From an uncultured Nitrospiraceae bacterium (GTDB lineage: Bacteria > Nitrospirota > Nitrospiria > Nitrospirales > Nitrospiraceae): a stretch of DNA of 64,000 nucleotides. Positions 57,610 through 64,000 of this stretch are shown one piece after another. Positions within the stretch are counted from its first letter, which is position 1. Every line of letters begins with the position of its first letter. The translations under genes were made by a program, and so were the position numbers. The stretch lies in assembly GCA_963706325.1 (NCBI GenBank), contig CAVPLT010000001.1, positions 1,183,703-1,247,702 of the forward strand, given 5' to 3'. The notes under the pieces were generated by a model, which did not search any database, was not told the origin of the DNA, and worked only from the letters and a program-made list of their open reading frames with translations.

Positions 57610-58437
57610 ATGGCACGAGTGAGGAGACCAGGAGCGAGATGGTGGGTGGGGGCTGTTGGCCTCATGGGACTATTTCTAGCCACCGGACAAGAGCCAGCCT
57701 TCAGCCAACAGGGAGTGTCCGTCCGTGCTGCGCTGGTCAAAGGAGCGCTGCCGGCCGACGATCCCACTGCGGCCGTGTGGGCCACCGCCGCGATGTCCGA
57801 GTTTCCGCTGTCTCCGCAGGTGCATTGGCCGACTCGCATTACCGAGGTCACCGCGAAAAGCGTGAAGGTCCGCGGGTTACATGACGGGACCAACGTGGCC
57901 ATTCTTCTGGAATACAACGATCCATCCGAAGACCCCGAGGACGCCGCCGCCCTTGAGTTTATGGTCGGCGACACCAAGGCGCATTTTGCTCACGGGCAGC
58001 CAATGGCGCAGGTGCAGGGTGGACCCGTGAATATTTGGTATTGGAAAAACAAGGATGGCAAAGGCGTAGACATGGGCGCAAAAGGTTTCGGCACGCTGAA
58101 GCCCCATGCGCATCAGGATGTAAAGGCGAAAGGGGTGTTTCAGGGCGGCGTCTGGAAAGTCGTGTTCTCTCGCCCATTACAGAGCGATCATGCAGACGAA
58201 GACACGCAATTCAAACCCGGAGAGTTTGCCAGCATCGCGTTTGCAATTTGGGACGGGAAAAAGACAGATACTGGTCTGCCTAAAGAAAAGGGGTCGGAGA
58301 AAGCTATTTCGTCATGGTGGTATTTCCGCGCGGATGCGCCACCGGACTACTCGCCGTACATGTACGCGTTACTCGCGGTCGTCTTGGCACTCGGATTTGA
58401 AATGGTCCTCGTGAAACGTTTAAAGAAAGGGTCGTGA
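57610..58437 (+). CDS. Ethylbenzene dehydrogenase gamma / NxrC-like haem b protein with C-terminal TM
   Basis: Signal peptide; 'DAAALEF', 'PVNIWYWK', 'GFGTL', 'WKVVFSRPL', 'AFAIWDG', 'KAISSW' typical of EB_dh domain. Confidence 0.82.
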   Translation: MARVRRPGARWWVGAVGLMGLFLATGQEPAFSQQGVSVRAALVKGALPADDPTAAVWATAAMSEFPLSPQVHWPTRITEVTAKSVKVRGLHDGTNVAILLEYNDPSEDPEDAAALEFMVGDTKAHFAHGQPMAQVQGGPVNIWYWKNKDGKGVDMGAKGFGTLKPHAHQDVKAKGVFQGGVWKVVFSRPLQSDHADEDTQFKPGEFASIAFAIWDGKKTDTGLPKEKGSEKAISSWWYFRADAPPDYSPYMYALLAVVLALGFEMVLVKRLKKGS

Positions 58438-58439
58438 GC

Positions 58440-59457
58440 ATGAGGACGTGGCCAAGATTACGGCGTAATCGGAGCCGGTTGCAGGGGTAGTTGGACTTTC
58501 GGGTCTCATTGGAGCCGGAGGTTGTTCGATGTTTCAGAACGAACAGTCCGCGAAGGGTACAACGCTCTATACCCATTATTGTATGCACTGCCACGGCGAA
58601 AGGCCGGAAAACAAAATGAGGGATTCAATTGGTCCTCTATGACTGATCCGAAGCCGAAGGACTTTCCAACAAAGAAGAGATGGGCACGTTCAAGGACGAG
58701 GACATCTTCGATACGATTTCGCGCGACATGAAAGATACGGGTCCAGGCGGGGACAAGATTGGCGACGATGAATTTGCGGTTCCGACCATGCCGACGTTTA
58801 AGCACACGCTTTCCGAAGAGGAAATCTGGGGCATCGTCGGACATGTGCGGTCATTGCACGGCAGGAAACTGGAGTTCAACGTCGAAGGGCGTAAGAAAGA
58901 CCTCCAGGCGGCGGTTCAAGCCGCAGAGCAGAAATTCAAGGAAGCCGAACGCGTCGCCCAGGAAGCGGAAAAGAAAGCCAGCGATGAGGCGGATAAGAAG
59001 GGCGTGGAAGTAGACGAGTAACGTTTATTTGAAAGAAATGCAGCTCATGGGCCAGGCGAAGAAGGAACTGGATCAGGCGACGATTACCCTCGCGAACTTC
59101 ACCACTAGGCCTGGGAAGGGCATTAACATTGCCCGTCCGGACCTGACCATGAAGCCTGACGCGGCGACGAAGTTCGCGGAGGTCGGCAAACAACTGTACG
59201 TGACCAAATATGGCTGCAACGGGTGCCATAAAATTGGGGATGAGGGCGGAAAGGTTGGTCCCGCGCTCGATCGTGCCGGCTTCCGGCTCAATCCGACCTG
59301 GGTGTATCGCTGGCTGCGAAACCCGCAAGCCATGAAGTCCGATACCCGTATGCCCAGCCTGGGACTCAGTGATGCCGACGCGAAAGCCGTGGCCCTCTAT
59401 CTAAAATCGCTTCGGGCTGCGAAGCCGGATAAACCTATTGGGAAAGTAGGCGACTGA
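58440..59457 (+). pseudogene. Di-haem cytochrome c lipoprotein gene interrupted by >=4 frameshifts (pseudogene or assembly error)
   Basis: Fragments in alternating frames: 'GLIGAGGC' lipobox + CMHCH (58580-58594), 'GKQNEGFNWSSM', 'MGTFKD..MPTFK', 'YGCNGCH..RMP'. Confidence 0.8.
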
Positions 59458-59643
59458 TCGAGGAGCAGACCGCGGGGCGCTGCCGCCGGTATGAGGCAGA
59501 GTCGTGGAAGGCATAGAGCCTCGCTGGTGTCGGCCGTCGTGCGCGAAGCGTTGTTGACTCTCGTCGAAGCACCGGTTGCCGTATTGCGTTCGGTACATTC
59601 CAAATGTCGAGAGCCCCACATGATGGATGGGTTCGGTATCCTG

Positions 59644-60558
59644 CTAGCGCGAAGTGTCGAGAGTGCCCCACCAGATTCCGAGTAAGATCACTACCCCCGC
59701 ATAGACGTGTTGGTGAAACAGCCTGAATGCTGTATGGGGGGGCACGGGTCTTCTCAAGCGCCGGACCTGCCACCAAAAGAGACCTCCAAGCAAGGCCAGG
59801 ACCAGGTAGTATTCCATTCGTAAGCCTGACCCTTGTCCGGCCGATACCAGGCAGACCACCATCGCCGAGAGAAAGAGGCCGACGGCGGCTGGTACTGCCT
59901 CACCGAAAAAAATCGCGGATGATTTCACGCCAATGCGACGGTCATCTTCGACGTCCTGTAGGGCATAGATGGTATCGTAGGCTAGAGCCCAGCAGATGGT
60001 GGCGCCAAAGAGCCACCAGGCGGGCGGGTCCAGCGTGCCGCGCGAAGCGGCCCAGGCCATGATGACACCCCATCCGAATGCAATGCCCAGCACCCCCTGC
60101 GGAATCTGGATCCATCGCTTACTATAGGGATAGATGGCCGCAAGGAACAATGCGATGGGGCTGAGCAGCGTCGTCAAGGGATTTAGCGTCAACACCAGGA
60201 GTGCGGCGATCATCGCGAGGATCAGCGCGACGACCAGGGCTTGTCGTGGCGACAATCGGCCGGCCGCGAGCGGGCGGTGACTGGTTCGCGCGACGTGTTT
60301 GTCAAAATGACGATCGGCTAAGTCGTTAAAAACCACGCCGAGACTGCGCATGACAAATGCGCCAAGGACAAACACGGCCAACAAGGCGATCGGAGGGCGG
60401 CCGTGATTCGCTAAAACTAGAGACCAGAGACTGGGCAACATCAGCAGCCATGTGCCGGATTGGTTGCGAAGACGGATGAGATCAGCGACGGCTCCCCAGG
60501 ACCAGGGCGGCGCCGATCGTTCGACTGGATCGTTCGTGAGGATCACCGGGTGGACCAT
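59644..60558 (-). CDS. ubiA: 4-hydroxybenzoate polyprenyltransferase (UbiA family)
   Basis: 'NDLADRHFD.HV.RT..RPLAAG', 'YPYSKR', 'YDTIYALQD.EDD..IGVKSSA'. Confidence 0.92.
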   Translation of the reverse strand: MVHPVILTNDPVERSAPPWSWGAVADLIRLRNQSGTWLLMLPSLWSLVLANHGRPPIALLAVFVLGAFVMRSLGVVFNDLADRHFDKHVARTSHRPLAAGRLSPRQALVVALILAMIAALLVLTLNPLTTLLSPIALFLAAIYPYSKRWIQIPQGVLGIAFGWGVIMAWAASRGTLDPPAWWLFGATICWALAYDTIYALQDVEDDRRIGVKSSAIFFGEAVPAAVGLFLSAMVVCLVSAGQGSGLRMEYYLVLALLGGLFWWQVRRLRRPVPPHTAFRLFHQHVYAGVVILLGIWWGTLDTSR

Positions 60559-60689
60559 AACGGAGCCCATCTGACCTGTCAACGCGGGTCATGTGAAGGT
60601 TGTTATGACGTCACAGGATTGGGTATAACGAACCTATTGTGCGGCAACACCTGTGCGGCTGGATAGGGGCTGGAGTGCGGTGGATATCG

Positions 60690-62637
60690 ATGCGTCCATT
60701 CGCAGCCTTGTGGTTGCTACTGCTGTTTTCGGCGGGCTGTCAATTCTTTGCCGAGCGTAGCGGAATTCCCACCGATTATAACTTACCCCTCACTGTTGAG
60801 CTGCGGATGGACCCAAGCATCGCCGCGGCGGCTATCGAGTATCGTGACGCCTGCGGTCAAGCCGCCACTGCACCCATTCACGAGGCGTTACAGCATCAAT
60901 TGAAAAAGCGTCTAGCGCAGGTGTTTGAGCGAGTCCAGGGAGAGCCGGGGAACCAAGGCGGCTCCGCGGATGGTGTCGTAGACGTTGCGCTAGGGTTTCG
61001 CGAGGTCAGTCTGTTCGTTCCTCGCAAGGCCAATAAGTCCTATCCGGCGACGGTGACGATCGGCGTCGATTTTTCCTATACCGATCAGCAAGGCACCGTG
61101 CTCCACAGCAAGAAGCTGCAGAGTTCGGCCACGGGAGAGGTAGAGGCCCGAGCGGATAGCTGCCACATCAGCAACCTCGAGGCGGTGGCGCAGGCGGCGG
61201 TCACGAACTTGGTTCAAGGCGTGGCCCAACACCTTGGAACTGCCACAAAAATTCGTGAACAAGCTCAGTTCAGAAAGACCAATCGGGGAGCCGTTCCGCC
61301 GACGGCGAGCCAGTCTGCGGTGTCGGCGGAGGGTGCGTCGCTGGTAAAGCCGGTATCCCCCGCGCCCGTATCTCCCGGCGTGGCGACGCAATCGGGGGCA
61401 GGGCAGTCCCCACTTGCCCCATCCGCACCGCCGTCTGCCGACAGGGTATCGACCCCGACGAAACTCTCATTTCGGACCATAATCCGTGACGAGAATCAGA
61501 ATCACGTGTTAGAGCAGCAGGAAACATTCAGCGTGGAATTCGAAGTCAGGAACGAGGGGACAGGGGTTGCAGAAGCGGTAGAGATTGATCTGAGCGGCCA
61601 TGCCGCCATCGTGGGAGGGCTCAAAACACCGGTATCCTTTGGCACATTGCAGCCGGGCGAAGTTCGGCGAGTCGCGGTCGACGGCAAGGTGGGAGCCATT
61701 TCAACGGCCGAGCAGGCCGAACTAATCTGTGCCCTGCGCGCGTCTTCGAATGTCGAGCTCCCCTCGTCAAAGAAATTTTTCGTCGCGATTCGTCCGGAGC
61801 GCAGCGATGCGGTTGAGGTGTTGTCGGTGGATGTAGACCAGCTGCCCAAAGCGAATGGCAAGCTAGTCCAATCGAACGCTATCGGGGTTGCCATTGGTGT
61901 CGGGACATTTCGTGATTCGACTATGCGGGGAGTGAAGTTTGCGGCGCATGATGCGGAGATCATGGGCAGGTACTTTCAACGAATCCTGGGCATCCCTTCG
62001 CAGCGGGTTAAGGTGCTGATCGATAACCATGCGCTCAAAGATGACCTGATCGAGGTCTTTGAACAGTGGTTGCCGAAACAGAGTGGACCGCGGGCAACGG
62101 CATACATTTATGTGTCAGGCAGAGCGGTGGTGGATCAGGAGACCGGAATTGTCTCTCTGTTGTCTTACGATGGGACCCTAGCCGGTGCATCTCGGGCCTT
62201 TTCCCTCGCTCGGCTTGAGCGGGCTCTGGCCAAGGCTTCTGTGAAGCAAGCTGTGTTGATGATGGATCTCTCCCTGGAGCCTTCGTCCGGTTCTGACCCC
62301 GGCCCCCCGGTCCCCCCGAGGTGGGACCGGGGGGATTCGAGACGGGGAGTCAGACCGGATCATGCTGATGATAGGAAATTCCGGCCTCCAGGAGGCGCAG
62401 GCCTATCAACCAGGGCAGCACGGACTGTTCACGTACTTCTTGCTGAAGGGGCTACGCGGCGCGGCCGATCTCGACAAGAATGGAACCGTATTGAGCGGAG
62501 AACTCTGCGCGTACATTCATGGACAGGTCGCATCTATTGCGCGGTCGACCGCGAGTGAGTCGCAGCAGCCGATCTGCATTCCCGAGGCCGGTCGGACATC
62601 CCCCATGCGGGCCATTCCTCTGAGCATAGCTCGCTGA
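60690..62637 (+). CDS. Lipoprotein with Ig-like domain and degenerate peptidase C14 (caspase-like) domain; frameshift near 62300-62345
   Basis: Lipobox 'FSAGC'; 'AIGVG.F....VKFA.HDA', 'YVSGRA'; C-terminal 'HGLFTYFLLKGL.GAAD' continues in ORF 62362-62637. Confidence 0.75.
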
Positions 62638-62742
62638 GGAACCTTTGGGGCGTGGCCGGTCAATCGTCCGAAAATTCCTCTGGACAGATCAGCCCATAGC
62701 TCCTTAGCATAGGTATCGTCCGTCGATTTGTTCACGACATCT

Positions 62743-63861
62743 ATGCGACTACAACGCGTTCAGCACCTGCTCGTCCTCACAGTCATCTTTCTCGCCAGCC
62801 TTGGCGTGTCGGTCGCGCTCTTAGAAGTGGCAACAGGATACCTGTATGACCGTGCCGGACTGGCCAACGGAAAGCGGACGATCGATCTCTACTTAGACCG
62901 AACCACAGAAGTTGGTTCGAATGCCTCCGTCACTCCCCATCCGTACCTGCTGTATACGCACACACCCAATTTGATGGCGGATGGCTACCGACAGACAAAT
63001 TCACTGGGATACCGAAACGAAGAATTTACGGTGGCGAAGCCGGCCGGCACGATTCGCGTTTTGGTGCTGGGCGGTTCCACCACCTTCATGTGGCCATTCA
63101 TCAAGAACCCCGCCGACACCTGGGTTGCACGTCTGGAAACCAAGCTTCAAGCGATCACAAGCAAACGAGTGCAAGTGATCAACGGGGGGATCAATTACGG
63201 GACGAGCGCGGAGGCTTTGGCCGGATTCGTGTTCCGACATCGGTTCCTGCAACCGGACATCGTCATCTATCACGGAGGCGGGAACGATGTCTTGCCATTG
63301 TTTTTCGAGAACTACAATCCGGAGTATACGCACTTCAGAAGTCATGGCAGCGGCACGGCCCCGAGGCCTGGAGAGAAACGAATCCTCGCGCACAGCAATA
63401 CGGGAAAATATCTGTATGCGAGGTGGCTTGAACCGGTCGGATCGGTTTTTGTCACAAAGCCTTTTTGGGAAGTGGACCCTGCGGTCGCACTGGAACGAGT
63501 GAAGCGACAGGCTCCGGAGGGGTTCGAGCGAAACATCGATTATCTGGTGACATTGAGTAAGAGCGCGGGATCGGACGTCGTCCTTTTCGGATTTTTGCAG
63601 GCGAGGAAACCCTATTTGAGCAAGAACCCGGTATGGAAAGGCTATGAAGACGCAATGATACTTGGTCTGGAGAAGAACTACGATGTCATGGCAAAGGTCG
63701 CGCGCCGGCACGACGTGCCTTTCGTCATTCCTCCTCAGGATCGATTCCAGGACGACTGGTTCCAAGATAATTGTCATCTCACTCCCGCAGGGGAGGAGGT
63801 CAAGGCCCAGATTATGTTCGAACAGTTACGGGATCATCCCCGATTTCGATCTACGCTGTGA
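62743..63861 (+). CDS. SGNH/GDSL hydrolase-family membrane-anchored protein
   Basis: N-terminal TM, 'NSLGYR', 'LGGSTT', 'VING', 'GGND', DxxH 'DNCHLT'. Confidence 0.8.
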   Translation: MRLQRVQHLLVLTVIFLASLGVSVALLEVATGYLYDRAGLANGKRTIDLYLDRTTEVGSNASVTPHPYLLYTHTPNLMADGYRQTNSLGYRNEEFTVAKPAGTIRVLVLGGSTTFMWPFIKNPADTWVARLETKLQAITSKRVQVINGGINYGTSAEALAGFVFRHRFLQPDIVIYHGGGNDVLPLFFENYNPEYTHFRSHGSGTAPRPGEKRILAHSNTGKYLYARWLEPVGSVFVTKPFWEVDPAVALERVKRQAPEGFERNIDYLVTLSKSAGSDVVLFGFLQARKPYLSKNPVWKGYEDAMILGLEKNYDVMAKVARRHDVPFVIPPQDRFQDDWFQDNCHLTPAGEEVKAQIMFEQLRDHPRFRSTL

Positions 63862-63880
63862 CGGAGAAGCGTTTCAATCA

Positions 63881-63910
63881 TTGACAGTGCTTCCATGCCC
63901 TGAGTAAGAT
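63881..63910 (+). promoter_or_regulatory. Putative sigma70 promoter of tRNA-Thr
   Basis: TTGACA (63881-63886), 18 nt, TAAGAT (63905-63910). Confidence 0.6.
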
Positions 63911-63928
63911 TGCGCCTCACTTCGCCAG

Positions 63929-64000
63929 GCCGGCGTAGCTCAGTTGGCAGAGCAGCGGTTTCGTAAACCGCAGGTCGGTGGTTCGATTCCACTCGCCGGC
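63929..64000 (+). tRNA. tRNA-Thr (CGT), 3' end at window edge
   Basis: Acceptor GCCGGCG/CGCCGGC, D-arm TAGCTCAGTTGGCAGAGC, anticodon arm GCGGT-TTCGTAA-ACCGC, GGTTCGATTCC. Confidence 0.95.

Noticed and set aside
59019..59021. Stop-codon readthrough or selenocysteine/pyrrolysine recoding in the di-haem cytochrome
   Set aside because: The stop is TAA and the downstream part lies in a different frame, so readthrough cannot join them
1..64000. CRISPR array, rRNA, integrase, transposase or prophage genes
   Set aside because: No regularly spaced direct repeats, rRNA-like segments or recognisable mobile-element proteins seen by eye

Overview
Bacterial chromosomal window, very probably from a Nitrospira-like (Nitrospirota) nitrite oxidiser. 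This is inferred from the cytochrome bd-like/Rieske/NxrC-like cluster and the hopanoid genes. Five blocks are visible. (1) 1-4.1 kb: DUF47 + PiT phosphate transporter converging on a PhoB/PhoR-like pair. (2) 4.3-21.1 kb: isoprenoid/hopanoid block (ispH, smc, shc, hpnG-like, an MlaE/F/D/C MCE transporter followed by a POTRA-less Omp85-like barrel and a second barrel, dxs, ispG, tRNA-Cys). (3) 21.3-45.4 kb: accessory envelope block with minus-strand lipoprotein/OMP genes, including a 749-aa tandem-duplicated probable two-barrel outer-membrane protein. These diverge from a ~20 kb Wzy-type surface-polysaccharide operon containing a GT2-phosphoglycosyltransferase fusion and a DegT/TPP-E1alpha/E1beta/DegT/methyltransferase cassette. 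(4) 45.5-60.6 kb: hpnH, then a respiratory cluster (two CydA-like paralogues, PRC-Rieske, cytochrome b, five c-type cytochrome genes, an NxrC/EbdC-like protein) and a convergent ubiA; the last di-haem cytochrome gene is broken by at least 4 frameshifts. (5) 60.7-64 kb: frameshifted pseudo-caspase lipoprotein, SGNH protein, tRNA-Thr. No CRISPR array, rRNA, integrase or transposase was seen. All product calls come from motif recognition by eye, not from database searches.
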